A stretch of DNA of 63,856 nt, the filler included, from Lenisia limosa (Eukaryota; Protista; Breviatea): NCBI GenBank assembly GCA_001655205.1. It is 17 parts of 17 records of this genome, joined end to end, with 100 filler letters (N's around TTAATTAATTAA, not from the genome) between each part and the next. Parts side by side here need not be neighbours in the genome. Positions count along the whole stretch, not along the records: positions 1 to 6,874 come from LPNZ01003315.1; positions 6,975 to 8,670 come from LPNZ01004411.1; positions 8,771 to 10,158 come from LPNZ01007850.1; positions 10,259 to 11,733 come from LPNZ01000094.1; positions 11,834 to 13,436 come from LPNZ01000251.1; 12 more parts are not named here. One strand, written 5' to 3'. The position numbers and the translations under genes were made by a program. Positions within the stretch are counted from its first letter, which is position 1; each line of letters starts with the position of its first letter. Under the pieces are notes generated by a model, which was given only the letters and a program-made list of their open reading frames with translations, ran no database searches and had not been told where the DNA came from. This document shows positions 1 through 12,374 of the stretch, one piece after another.

Positions 1-132
1 CCACTCCCAGTTTCCATTACCCTCACCACCCCCAGGCTTTGTTTATTTTCTTGTGATGTCACGCAATAGAGTTTATTTTGGGCTTTTTTGTTTTGTAAAT
101 TTTCTAATTTCACTCACCCCCCGCCCTCTCAG

Positions 133-3100
133 CTTCCCAGTTCCGTCGGAGTCAACGCGTACAACTCACTGGTGGGCATATTGGTCATGCTTTCCTTTCT
201 TCTTAAAACTGAAAATGATCTCCATTACATGATACCTCGAGCTTCACTTCGGTTCTAAAAAAAGACTTAATTTCTCGATAAATCTTCGGAAACTGTCGAT
301 ATTTTTGCCGGTCTTTTTCGAACCGAAATGAAGCCCTAATGATACCCTACTACCAATCACATAGATGCAAACTATTAGTATTTTTTACATGATGAAAAAA
401 CGCTTCATTCCCTTGTTTTATATCCACGATTGAAATCCCTTGTTCAACCTTTCGCATCCCAGATTGAAATCCCTTTATATCATAGGTTGAAATCCCTTGT
501 TCAACCATTTTTACAGCCCAGGTTGAAATCACCAAGTTCGCACGGTTCATTACAAGCCGCATAGCGACCGTTCTCCTCGCGAGATGGCCGGTCGAAGCTC
601 AGAAGGCCTTCCCAGTGGTCATGCGCCGCATGCCAATAGCGTCATTCGTGGGTGTGGCTTTTAAGGATAAGGCTAGAATCGGGGGATAAGACTTTTGACT
701 TTATCATGAGGTTTCTAGAGATCCGTAAAAGTCATATTTACCAATAGGGTGTCGCTTCGGTTCAAAAATGATTCTGAAATCACTGGTATTCATCCCAGGG
801 CAGGGGCTCGCATTTTTTGCATTGCTTCTGGTTCGCTTTAACTCCTGTCTTCTCTAGTTTTTCACAATAATCCAGGCCTTCCTGCACTCGATGAACAGTA
901 AATCTCTTCTTGGCTTTGCTGAAACCTGTATCGAAGCTGCCCAGTTGACTAAGGTTAAGACCTTGACTCTAAACACTCAGGATGGTGGGGGGGGGGGGNN
1001 NNNNNNNNNNNNNNNNNNNNNNNNNNNNNNNNNNNNNNNNNNNNNNNNNNNNNNNNNNNNNNNNNNNNNNNNNNNNNNNNNNNNNNNNNNNNNNNGACAA
1101 GTTTCATTTCTGCAAGGTTTATCGGTTTTTTTATAATAACACTTTTTGACGCTTTTTCCCCCTTGTCTATTATTTATTAAGACTGTCATTTTTTCTATTT
1201 TGAATATACAAACTATCATTTTACACACTTCATATCTACTACCATAATTTATTTAAATAAAAAATATTAATGTGGGTTTTTTGTAACACAAAAGAAGAAA
1301 AGGCTCACCCCTCAGTACCAATTCTCGCCCAAAACAGCACTCTCACCATCACGCGACGAATTGCGGTGTGGGGCCCTTTGTGGATCGGTATTGTGGAGGC
1401 TCTAGCGCCCAACATGGACCTGAGCGTCGTGTCAGATGCAAGCGTAGCGTCCTGCCCTCTTCTGATCAATGTTGGTGGGAATCTTCTCTGGTCAATGGGG
1501 GCTTCTCTTGTTAACTGGTGGGGTAGGGATGCACAACTTCAGCAAATAGTAAAGTGTTGGATGTCCCACTTCTGGTCAGAGAGTGGGGAATTGAGGTTAG
1601 TTTGAAGGACTCTTTGAGCAACTGACTTTCACCAACACGGGATATGATGATATCATATTATATACTATGTAGTTAATCATTAAACTTTCACAACATATGT
1701 ACGGTATACTTAATCTTCAAAATGTAGCTTGATCATAGACTGCTATTTCATATTATAGTATATCACACGATAGAGAACTATGATAAAATGTTACTAGCTG
1801 AGCCACATCCGTTCTCTAATGCCGATTTAGGCCCTCCTTTTGAAGGCGATCGAGTTTGGCGTACCCGGAGCAACGGTGTGTGATTTTGTTTTTTTTTTTG
1901 TTTTTTTTTGCTGGTGTAATAATAGTCCTTTCTGACCTTGTAGATTATGAACTCTTTACACGACATCAAGAAGAAAATGTCTTACAACGCACATGCGAGA
2001 ATAGTGTCCCACTCGGGCTTTGAGGTGAACTGGAGTGCTACGTTACTTCATTTCTACGGCAATGGTTCATATCATTGATATAACCTGCGAAAAGAGTTCA
2101 ATATAATTTTAGTGAACAGTAAATAGTCTTTTGCAGATAGCATGATATGATATGATATAGTATGATCAATCGTAACTCACATCACATGTATGACTATATT
2201 GTATGATATACAATCATTTTAGTATGTATATTTCGGTCAAAAGAACCCCATACTCTACAAAGATTAACCCCATATTTGGCAATGATTTACCCTGTATTTT
2301 CACCCTTTAGCCCTCAGAAAACGGCCCAATAGCCCCCGTAGTAAAGGCCCTTCGCGTGCCTGAACCGACCCCCGTCAATCCCCTCTACACTGCTGGAGAT
2401 AAGGTCTGCGGAGTGCCCTGTTGTTTTACTTGTTTCCAACCTTGTTTTTCTCTAGATCCAACCTTGATACCATGATAGTGGGGGTAAGCAATAAGAAATA
2501 AGGTTGTATCTGACCGAAACCGTCCACACTATCACGCTTATAAGAGATATTGGATTGTAGTATCTGGCCTAAGCCGTCCACACCATCACGCTTCTAAGAG
2601 AAATTGGTGGAGGTATATTAAAGCTGTGACCATCATAAAACGACGGTGAAACTGAATATATCGATCTATCTGCTTTTTTGAAATCTGTTCACCCACACAG
2701 GCCCTCTACATGGTCTCAACTATAGCGTGGCTCTACACATTAGAACAAAACTTCATTGCTCCCAAAACGCTGCTGGAGGTTCTGGAAACATCGGTCAAAA
2801 CGGTAGGTTGGAGTAAGGCTCTTGGGAAGGGGTGCTTTTTCTTCTTGGGGGGTAAGGAGGAGTTCGGCCATTCCTTACATCGTTTTCAAGGGAAGGAAAT
2901 GAAAACATGGGTGGGGGTATTGGCGCTTTAAGCTTCATTTCTTCTACACCTTCCAAATCTTTGCCGTCACCTCCTTTCATAGCTTAAGTATCCCCTTCTC
3001 ACTCTCATTTAGGGCATTGGAGGGTTCTTCTCGTCGGTGCTCAACAAAGCGCCGCCCTCAATGCCGTCATCTCAAACGTTCCTATCACTTGCTGCCCATG

Positions 3101-4503
3101 GCCTTGGGTGTAGTGTTGGTATGGGGGTAATGACTCAAATATCCATGCAGTGATGCTCGTTAGCACTTGTTATGTTTCATGTTGGGGTTTCAATTCTCAA
3201 TGTTTTGTTGTTATAAACCTCGTGTGTTGTTAGCCAAAAGAGTTGATTTTAGGCTTTTGTTTATGTATCATATTAATTTGTTTTGTTTTGTTTGTCCCAC
3301 TAGAGCCTGATGTACCATCCATCATACTTCATAAANNNNNNNNNNNNNNNNNNNNNNNNNNNNNNNNNNNNNNNNNNNNNNNNNNNNNNNNNNNNNNNNN
3401 NNNNNNNNNNNNNNNNNNNNNNNNNNNNNNNNNNNNNNNNNNNNNNNNNNNNNNNNNNNNNNNNNNNNNNNNGATATTTTTTATTTTCATTAAGTATCCA
3501 ATTTTACTCGCCTCCAGACAACAAACGCGCCATTGCGCCAAAGCTCACGTCGACACAAAGCAGCACACTAGGCCCGGCCGCTCACTACTTCCAGGCACGG
3601 GTTAACCCCTATGCCAACACCAGGCCGAATGAATATGCTGTGAGGGGGGATGGCTATTTATATGTAGAAAAGAGAAATAAAGACTGTTGTCTGGTTGAAG
3701 CCTTTCAAACTATCACGCTAGAACATGTAGTCTTTTTTTTTCTCGGGGGAGTGATACGAAGCAAAGTGATCAACTAGTCCTCTTCATTTCAACACAGCTC
3801 TAACCCCCCCCCTCCCAGGTTTTGATTTTCGACATGTTGTCCTTTTTCGGCTCACGAGGTTGTGTACCCCAGGACTTTATACCCACTGCGGACATGCCAG
3901 GACTTGGCGTCTAGGCAAAAGCACCTTTCCGATTCTTGAATTTCTTTATTCTGGAGTAATTGATTATCTTTGAATTATCTTTGTTCTTATTCTTATTCTT
4001 ATTTATTATTTATTTGCTAGATCTGTCCGAAGTGGTTCTGTGTAAATCTACAACTCACACCAGAAGTATCACTCGTTATGAACAAATAAATACCAGAAAG
4101 GGGGAGGGAGGGTATCCTGCAGCCAAATCATCATGAGCGCGAGGCTGACCCACATCTTCAGCCAAAGAGGAAGCTTTTCTCCAGAAGCTCAGTGTTTCAC
4201 TTGAAACCGTAAATCCCCCAAAGACATTTTTGACAGCAAAGTCCCCCAAAGACACACAGACAGACACAGACTCTTTTATCAATTCTGCCCCTGCCCGATC
4301 TCAGATTAAGATCCACCAAACCTCTGAAGGAAGAGAAATATTCATAATAAGCCGGACCCTCAAGACATCAAACATGCCACCTTCACGCCAATCTTGGCTG
4401 CAGTGTTGGTCAAATATTCGTAGGCCATTTGGAAGCCGTGCGAAAACTCAAACTCCTCATGGCCAATGGCACTCGTGAAAAAATCATTCATCTGCTGTGT
4501 TAA
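133..4503 (+). CDS. Large multi-exon protein of unknown function (5' partial)
   Basis: Chain of GT-AG-bounded open exons, e.g. 522-649 VEITKFARFITSRIATVLLARWPVEAQKAFPVVMRRMPIASFV, ~876-953 AFLHSMNSKSLLGFAETCIEAAQLTK, ~2701-2791 ALYMVSTIAWLYTLEQNFIAPKTLLEVLETS, ending ...RKLKLLMANGTREKIIHLLC* (TAA 4501-4503). No family motif recognised; could be more than one gene. Confidence 0.55.
237..338. mobile_element. hAT-type MITE (family D), 102 bp, intronic
   Basis: Inverted termini GCTTCACTTCGGTTC / GAACCGAAATGAAGC(CCTA), flanked by a perfect 8-bp direct repeat ATGATACC at 229-236 and 339-346. An 8-bp TSD and a CCCTA end are typical of hAT elements. Confidence 0.8.
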
Positions 4504-4595
4504 TATGCTTCCTCTGGTTCCGAGTGAGATAAAATATCGATATTTTTTCGAAAATCGTTATGATTGGTGATACTGTTGTTATACTTCTAAATGTT

Positions 4596-6857
4596 TCATA
4601 TATACTGGTATATGTGTGGGGGAAAGAGCACATGACAGTTCTCAACAAACTGATGCCGACAACATACCATTTTGACAATGTTTTTGGTGCAGCATTCTTC
4701 CTTCTTAGGGAAGATCTTGCCAGGGTTCATAACGTTGAGGGGGTCTACTGCCTTCTTAATCTGGGGGTAGGGGGTGGTGAGATGATGAGGGGTGATATTG
4801 GTATGGGTAAATTGGAAAATTTATGAAACAAAAAAAGCCCAAATCAACTNNNNNNNNNNNNNNNNNNNNNNNNNNNNNNNNNNNNNNNNNNNNNNNNNNN
4901 NNNNNNNNNNNNNNNNNNNNNNNNNNNNNNNNNNNNNNNNNNNCCAACGCCTCCCTCTCCCAACCAATAAAAATCTGTCAAAACCAAATACAATTTTCTC
5001 AACAACGTTTGAGATTTGGAGCAGATACAAATAAAAAAAGATGAAATGATTACTATCCATATCATATCTGTAGTGTACTATATATTCTCTGAATTCTAAG
5101 TCATATTTCATGAGCAGCACCTCCCTGAAGACAAGCCCCGAACATGTCTCATTGTGTCCACTAGTGCGGCACCGTGTTCCATTTCCAGGAACTTGCTCTT
5201 GCCGATTCCGACGCCATGTTCTCCGGAGGCCGTGCCGTTTAAGGAAATTGCCCTATTTGGTAAGTTGCCTGGTTAAGAAAGGGTAAGATTGACATTAAAA
5301 ACAGAAGAACCCAAATCCACTTTTCGACAAGCCAGTCGCTGAGCTCCTCCATTTTGTCAGCCTCGGTAGCCGGGTAGTAGGCGCTCAGAATGTGGAAGTT
5401 GCCGTCGGCTACGTGGCCGGCAATACTGCATGGAATGTCGCCTCCCCGGGCCGTGAATTCAGCCTAGTTTGGTTAATAAAGAAAATTCGGCCTGATTTTA
5501 GTTATTTAAGATAATTCGAGGTGCTTTAGGTGATAAATCCCTTGGAAAAGACAGGCAGAATTCCCTTTTGTTACGAAAAGTCTTTTGGACTGACTTATCG
5601 AAAATCATCACATAAAATTCCACATCCATATTCCCCCCACTTCCACATCCACGACGCATTGGGCGAGGTTTGAGAGGGGAACGCAAACGTCTGTGACGAA
5701 GAGCTTTGGCTTGTTGTCCCTCAGCTTGTATGACGCAAAATAAGCATCCCTGGGGGGGGGGGGGNNNNNNNNNNNNNNNNNNNNNNNNNNNNNNNNNNNN
5801 NNNNNNNNNGGGGTCCCCGAGAGGTATCATGTTGGGAGACCTGCTAAGTACAGCATGGATATAATAAGATCTTCGCATAGATAGTAACGATGTCAAAGAT
5901 AAAAACAGACAGCAAAACTGCAGACGCTCCACCCACCTTCTTGCCTGCCACAGCTTATTGCGGGCATCTTCATCGGATGCTTCGCTGTAGTCAATACCGT
6001 TGTGCGCCTTAGCGATTTTCTCAGCAATACGCGACGCTGCGCTGGCCTTGGCCTGGACAGGGAGAATGACATTGGGAATTAGTATGACCGTCCAATGTAT
6101 CAGACTCCCTCCCCAGATCAAGTACTATTTTCCAACTCAGAACAAGCACTTACCCCCCACCCCCCCCGGGTACCTCATCATCAGCATGGAATTCGAGGAA
6201 CAGGTGAGGGGTCAGGGGGAGACCCAAATCGGCGTGCTTGTTAACTGCATTGACAGCAATGGTGTTGACCATCTAATGGGTTAACATGTTAGATATTTAA
6301 AGGGATAATTATACTATATATAGTAGTATATTATATCATATATTGACCAACAAAGGGGTTCTAGTATTACTATTGACCACTTTTACAACTCAAATTGATA
6401 GAGATTCAACCAAACAATGATGTCTTCGACACAAGAGATTATTATTGAAGTATTATATCGCCTTTAGGGTGATTCTTCATAAACACGCAAAAAGCCAGAC
6501 CCTCTCATACTTCACATCTTGCCATTTCGTTGATGTTAGCCTTAATAAAGCCTGAAACTGCGTTGACAGCATCCTAATTGGGGGGTTAATAGGAGGGGAT
6601 TGGGGGAAAGGGGGAAGGCAAATCTCAGCATAGCAGTCCAAAAACAAAATATCAAAAGTTAATCAGTGTATTTAGAAAATATTTAGAGGCATATAGAGGC
6701 ATGAAGAGGGCATATAGAGCCGTAGAGGAATCCTGTTACAATAGCACCTGGCCAACCTCAACGTTGATGAACATTACGCGCGCGCCAACAACAGCCGGTG
6801 GTGGCGTAGCAACGCGCAGAGTTAACTCTGTAATTACGCCTAGGGTGCCCTCAGCTC
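4596..6857 (-). CDS. LDHD: FAD-linked D-lactate dehydrogenase (LDHD/DLD1-like), 5' partial
   Basis: Spliced minus-strand motifs GAEGTLGVITELTLRV, LFLEFH, KLWQARR, TDVCVPLS, GHVADGNFH, GTASGEHGVGIGK and VDPLNVMNPGKIF match the FAD-oxidase C-terminal domain. The exact stop is uncertain. Confidence 0.9.
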
Positions 6858-6918
6858 CTGGGGGGGGGGGGGGANNNNNNNNNNNNNNNNNNNNNNNNNN
6901 NNNNNNNNNNNNNNNNNN

Positions 6919-6930
6919 TTAATTAATTAA
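6919..6930. other. Artificial contig-joining linker TTAATTAATTAA in N runs (16 copies)
   Basis: Identical 12-mer inside ~100-nt N cassettes at 6919, 8715, 10203, 11778, 13481, 14611, 32736, 34206, 36482, 41530, 42912, 50650, 53896, 55618, 58402 and 61883. It supplies stops in all six frames. Confidence 0.97.
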
Positions 6931-7083
6931 NNNNNNNNNNNNNNNNNNNNNNNNNNNNNNNNNNNNNNNNNNNNTTCGTCGTAATTGTTTGATTCTTTGT
7001 GTTATCTCAGGGTTTTGTTTGAGTGGTTGTGTTATCTCAGGGTTTTGTTTCCTAACCAAAAACATTGTTTCACCTCCCCCCAG

Positions 7084-8670
7084 GAAGCGGAGACTCTGAA
7101 GGCCCAATGGACGTCTCCTTCTGACACTCTGGAACTGTAGGGGGTGTTGATCCAAATGGCGGGTTTTCTCNNNNNNNNNNNNNNNNNNNNNNNNNNNNNN
7201 NNNNNNNNNNNNNNNNNNNNNNNNNNNNNNNNNNNNNNNNNNNNNNNNNNNNNNNNNNNNNNNNNNNNNNNNNNNNNNNNNNNNNNNNNNNNNNNNNNNN
7301 NNNNNNNNNNNNNNNNNNNNNNNNNNNNNNNNNNNNNNNNNNNNNNNNNNNNNNNNNTCATTTCGATTCCAAAGTCCCTAATATGAAAACTCCCACCACA
7401 GACACTCCTCCGTCTATACCCCCTCTGATTGAGTGAATTAATATGATACTATAATCCAATATCTCTTACAAGGTGATACATCTTTATTTTTATTATTTTT
7501 ATCATTGCAATATAGTCTGTACACCCCTCTCACCCCTCCCAGGAAGGCAAAACACGAGACCCTCTCAGAACAGCTCAAAACCGCCCACAATGACTCTTTA
7601 TCCAAGGTCAGTTCAATGGACAGTGACCAGAATAAGTCTTGACCGATTTGCTATGTGATTTCCCAAGGAAAATAGGTCAAGACTTTTCACGGTCACTGTA
7701 TATGATCTTGAGTGGGCTCAATATATATGCATATATGATATGATATGGGTATGATATGGAGTAATATTTGTTTCAGCCCCTCTCCGATTACCCTTACCCC
7801 CCCAGGCCAACCACATTAAATCCCTTCGATCAGAGCGTCAAAACCTCACTACCGAGCTTGAACGGAGCCAAAATGAGGTGGGTGGGATATTCTGTGACCG
7901 GGATAGATCTTGACCAATTTTCTCTATGATTTCCTTGGAAAATTGGTCAGATTAATCCCTTTCATTGTATATGTAATATATGTGAGGGGGGGGGGGGGNN
8001 NNNNNNNNNNNNNNNNNNNNNNNNNNNNNNNNNNNNNNNNNNNNNNNNNNNNNNNNNNNNNNNNNNNNNNNNNNNNNNNNNNNNNNNNNNNNNNNNNNNN
8101 NNNNNNNNNNNNNNNNNNNNNNNNNNNNNNNNNNNNNNNNNNNNNNNNNNNNNNNNNNNNNNNTGTTTATATCAACCTTAAGGTGTTGGCTTGGTTACAT
8201 GAGTGTTTATATCAACCTTAAGGTATTGGCTTGATTACACTCACACCCTTTCATTCACCTTACAACTCCATTCACATTAATTATGGACCACGGTCACATT
8301 TTCAAACAATTATTCATGGATCTTTAGATCGCTGTTCTTCGCTCCAAACTTCAATCTGCGCAATCTACGGCATCCCGCGCCACTTCGCGCGCGCAAAACG
8401 CTGACCGCACGTGCACAGCCCTCCAGGATCAGGCTGCGGCCGCGTCTGCCCGAGATGGCGATAGAAATAGACTGGAAAATGAGCTGAAGGTGGGGTGAGT
8501 GTGCAATAATTTGTGAGTACCTCATTCTTGAAGCAAGATTAACTTCCATAACAACCTGAGTCGCGATAGTTTATCTCTTTCAGTGCTTACCAATTTCTCC
8601 ACTATCCCATACCGTCTCCATCACCCTCCAGAGTGCGAGGAGAGAAGCCCTCAACAAGACTCGTCTTCTC
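7084..8670 (+). CDS. Coiled-coil protein fragment
   Basis: Exons KAKHETLSEQLKTAHNDSLSK, ANHIKSLRSERQNLTTELERSQNE, IAVLRSKLQSAQSTASRATSRAQNADRTCTALQDQAAAASARDGDRNRLENELK; heptad-like composition and GT-AG borders. Confidence 0.6.
7621..7698. mobile_element. Tc1/mariner-type MITE (family B), 78 bp, ~29-bp TIRs
   Basis: CAGTGACCAGAATAAGTCTTGACCGATTT...AAATAGGTCAAGACTTTTCACGGTCACTG followed by TA. Other copies at ~7895-7950, 13771-13836, 33310-33378, 40972-41033, 52710-52770, 53531-53605 (TA on both sides), 56261-56321 and 63659-63721. Confidence 0.8.
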
Positions 8671-8770
8671 NNNNNNNNNNNNNNNNNNNNNNNNNNNNNN
8701 NNNNNNNNNNNNNNTTAATTAATTAANNNNNNNNNNNNNNNNNNNNNNNNNNNNNNNNNNNNNNNNNNNN

Positions 8771-10030
8771 TACGGTCGAAACAGCCCCCAGCCAAGAAGA
8801 CGATCAATTGCCAATCCCTCTCCCGCCTCAGTAGGGCCTGATCCCATGCTTGATAGATCCCTTGATATTGCTCTCATGCTATTTTTAGAGTTGTAAGGTA
8901 AATGATTGGGTGAATTCATATTACACTGTTATTAGATCGTTAAAGTGTGATGGTGTGGACGGCTTCAGCGAGATACAACCTTATTATTATTTCTAATTGC
9001 TATTTTTAAGCTATTTTATCCCTCTCAACATTGTTCTTCGTCACCCTACCGCTTTCTCCTTCTTCTCATCCTCCCTTCCCAATTGACATTTAGGTTGGAT
9101 TCTAGTTCAATCTATGACCTATATGTTGATTCAAATGAAGGGTTTATATTGACATGCGTTGACAAGATATAATTTCAAATTACAACTTGTCTGGACTAGG
9201 AACGAATTCCTCTCAGGTTAGTGGATTAACGGACGCGTTTATCCATTCCCAAGGCATCCAATCCTGTGCTGAAAAGGGGGTGGTGGCTAGGTGAAATTTC
9301 TTGTTTCAAATTTAAGGGGAATTCAATTATTTTCTTAACTTAATAGCAAGTGAACATAACCCGTTCTGAAAAGTTCGTTATCCGAAATATCGAATGTTCT
9401 ATTGATCCGAATTCAACCGCCCAATTAAATCGGTCTGCTAAGTTATTTATTCTGAACACCTATCCCCTTGGGTGATGTTCCAGTAGGTTTCACGTTCCTT
9501 CTAACCCTCCAGATTGGTCTCTCTTCATCTCTCATTCTCTCCTTCCTTCTCTCCCCCCNNNNNNNNNNNNNNNNNNNNNNNNNNNNNNNNNNNNNNNNNN
9601 NNNNNNNNNNNNNNNNNNNNNNNNNNNNNNNNNNNNNNNNNNNNNNNNNNNNNNNNNNNNNNNNNNNNNNNNNNNNNNNNNNNNNNNNNNNACGATTCCC
9701 AAAAACCACCCTATTTTATCAGTTGGTGTTTCACCATTTCCTAGGAAGTTCAATTAATTTTTTGAAGAAAATAATAACAAATTATGAAATTAAAGTGTAT
9801 GAAATGGCGTTCCCATTACAATATGCCCACTTCAAATTTTTGAAATTAATTTTTCAACTAATTGCTTGGAGTCGTAATTTCCTTCTTCCCCTTTTGGCAA
9901 GTGCTGATCGCTCTCCAGGCCATGCGCTCCGCAATCCACACCCGGGTTCCAGCCCCCCTCCCCGAAATGTCGGAAATTGTGACATCCAACCTGGCGCGGG
10001 AGAACAGCAGCGAAGTCTTTGAGGAGGATT
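8771..10030 (+). CDS. Fragment of unknown multi-exon protein
   Basis: Open GT-AG exons, e.g. ~9902-10030 VLIALQAMRSAIHTRVPAPLPEMSEIVTSNLARENSSEVFEEDW; no motif recognised. Confidence 0.35.
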
Positions 10031-11396
10031 GGTTCTCCGTATCCCCACGGTTTGAGGATATTAAATCGTTATTTTTTGCTACAACTTCGTGCAAACAGCC
10101 TCTTCTTTTTCGTACATTGTGCTACAGAAGCGACTGGCTTGGGCTTTGTTTGTTTTGTNNNNNNNNNNNNNNNNNNNNNNNNNNNNNNNNNNNNNNNNNN
10201 NNTTAATTAATTAANNNNNNNNNNNNNNNNNNNNNNNNNNNNNNNNNNNNNNNNNNNNTGTCTACATTTTTCGATTGCTTTTATGAGCTTTGATGTTTGT
10301 AATATTAGAACCTTTCTGCAGCTTGTGATGTTTTATACACTGAGAGTTACTGTTTTCCCCTTCGCAACATTATTTATTGAATTAGTGTTTTTTTGAAGAA
10401 AATAAAAAAAAATTGGACACAGTCATGTCCCCCCACCTATATGTACAAAGTAATAAGAAAAAGAAGTTGGAATACAATAAGACATGGCATAGCATAGTTT
10501 ACATAACACTGGTGATACAACATTAATATAAAGACGCTATTTCAAGTAAAAGTAAAATATGATGCTTATAGAAATATGAATATTTTTTGGTGTCAAACCT
10601 TCATGAATGCAGCTGTTCTGAAGACAACTTTTTGCTTGAGGTTTACTGCATTTTTCAGATCAAGCAGAGAGACTGGAAACTTGGGTAACTGTGCAATGGT
10701 GCCTAGTGTCTCAATGGTATTTTTATTATCTACCACATTGAAGATTTTTTTAGCCTAGAAATAGTAAATTCTTGCAATATTATCAAAAAACAAGCTATAG
10801 GAATTTGAAAAAACGAGTACCAGTATAACATACATTTTTTTCCCAGAATGTGGTACTTAATTTGACCAGGTACTCTTTTGCAAAGAGAAATTTGTTGGTA
10901 ACCACAAATGTCACTTCTTCCAGAGTTTTTGTCTAAAAGGTTACCAAGCCTTGGAGAAATATATCACACAGTCCATATATCTGTGAACATTCCGATATCT
11001 GTGATTTTTTGAAAAATGTAAGTTTTTTGGTTTTTAATGACTGCTGTTACCTTGCTTCTTGTTTACATTGATAAAAATTTCTAATGGAAGAAAAACAGAC
11101 AAAACCCAGACAAAATGTTGGGAACATGGGGAGAAAAAGAAGAAAAACACACTGTGAAGAGAAGAATGGTGGAGAAGACCCGTGAGCTTCGCTGTGTAGA
11201 TGGAAACAAGTTTCTGGGAAGTATCTAAACAAATATAAGTTGTTTCTAACTACATCCCATATTCCGTCTAAGTGTGATGATGAGGACGGCCTTAGCTCTT
11301 TATACACCATTTTTGATCTGATGTATCCCCCCATTGTTATTATTAGTAAGTCCTCCTCATCTTATTCACCCCCCCCCCACACACACACTTCACACT

Positions 11397-11733
11397 ATGT
11401 TTAGTATTACTCAGGAGAAGCTCGCTGCAGTAATGCGTGATGTGTTCTCGTCCGTCTCCAAGGATGTCATCACTGCATCAGTGAAGAAATGTGGGTTCTC
11501 AATTACTGGATACAATCCATGTGCAATACCTGATTCTGCGTATTCACATGGGAAGGCTTACCGCTTTAATGAATACCCCGCCTCGGATGACAAAGGTTAT
11601 CAAGAGAAGCTGTTTGCGGAAGAAAATATTACAGCCCCGCCAGGAACTCTCAACCTGTGCATTGATACTCCTACTGATATTAGTTTTCAAGAAAACGCCT
11701 CAAAACGCGAACAGGCCCAGGCTCGTACTGACC
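11397..11733 (+). mobile_element. pogo/Fot1-like (DDE_1) transposase C-terminal fragment
   Basis: Intron-free ORF ITQEKLAAVMRDVFSSVSKDVITASVKKCGFSITGYNPCAIPDSAY resembles the post-catalytic 'I..GF.K.GI.PFNP.AI' segment of pogo-family transposases; truncated by the linker. Confidence 0.5.
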
Positions 11734-12374
11734 NNNNNNNNNNNNNNNNNNNNNNNNNNNNNNNNNNNNNNNNNNNNTTAATTAATTAANNNNNNNNNNN
11801 NNNNNNNNNNNNNNNNNNNNNNNNNNNNNNNNNTTATAATTATGATTATAATCTTGAGGTTGGGGTTGGGGTTGTTTCAAGTGAAATTTGATTCGGTTTG
11901 CTATTTAATGCTGAAAATTTGACATTTGAGCTACAAAGAATTAACAAAATGAGAAATAGAAGAAGAAAAAAAACCTTAAAAAGAAGAAAAAAAGAAAAAG
12001 AACCGGATCAGGCAAAAAAACCGGAATTTTGAACTGACGCATATAGTGTAAATAATTAATATCATATAATTACTACAGTCATATCATATAATATAGAGAT
12101 AAGAAATAAAAGTGGCTGAAACCGTCCACACTATCACACGTATAAGAGATATGCATATATTGGATTATTGTAAAATATAATTCACCCATATATGATTTTT
12201 CATAATGCACTTCATATAAAAATGTACTTCTTTTTTCAGTCACAAACCATTTTGGATGAGTTTAGCGTTTCAATAGCCTCAGTTAGGGCCTTTTCAGAGT
12301 TCTAAAAAAAAAGAGAAATTGAATGAGAATGACATTAAAAAACAAAACGAAACACTAACAATATTACCCCCAAG

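Noticed and set aside
140-950. Minus-strand frame with four in-frame TGAs in a Trp-rich context (PWDEYQ*FQNHF*TEATP...HE*RYW...HQ*VVR), suggesting UGA=Trp or a multi-Sec protein
   Set aside because: It is the in-register antisense of a stop-free plus-strand exon chain with proper GT-AG sites; the TGAs are the complement of TCA (Ser). Conserved Trp in TGS1, MFS, OLA1, PGD, SPC24 and HECT are all TGG.
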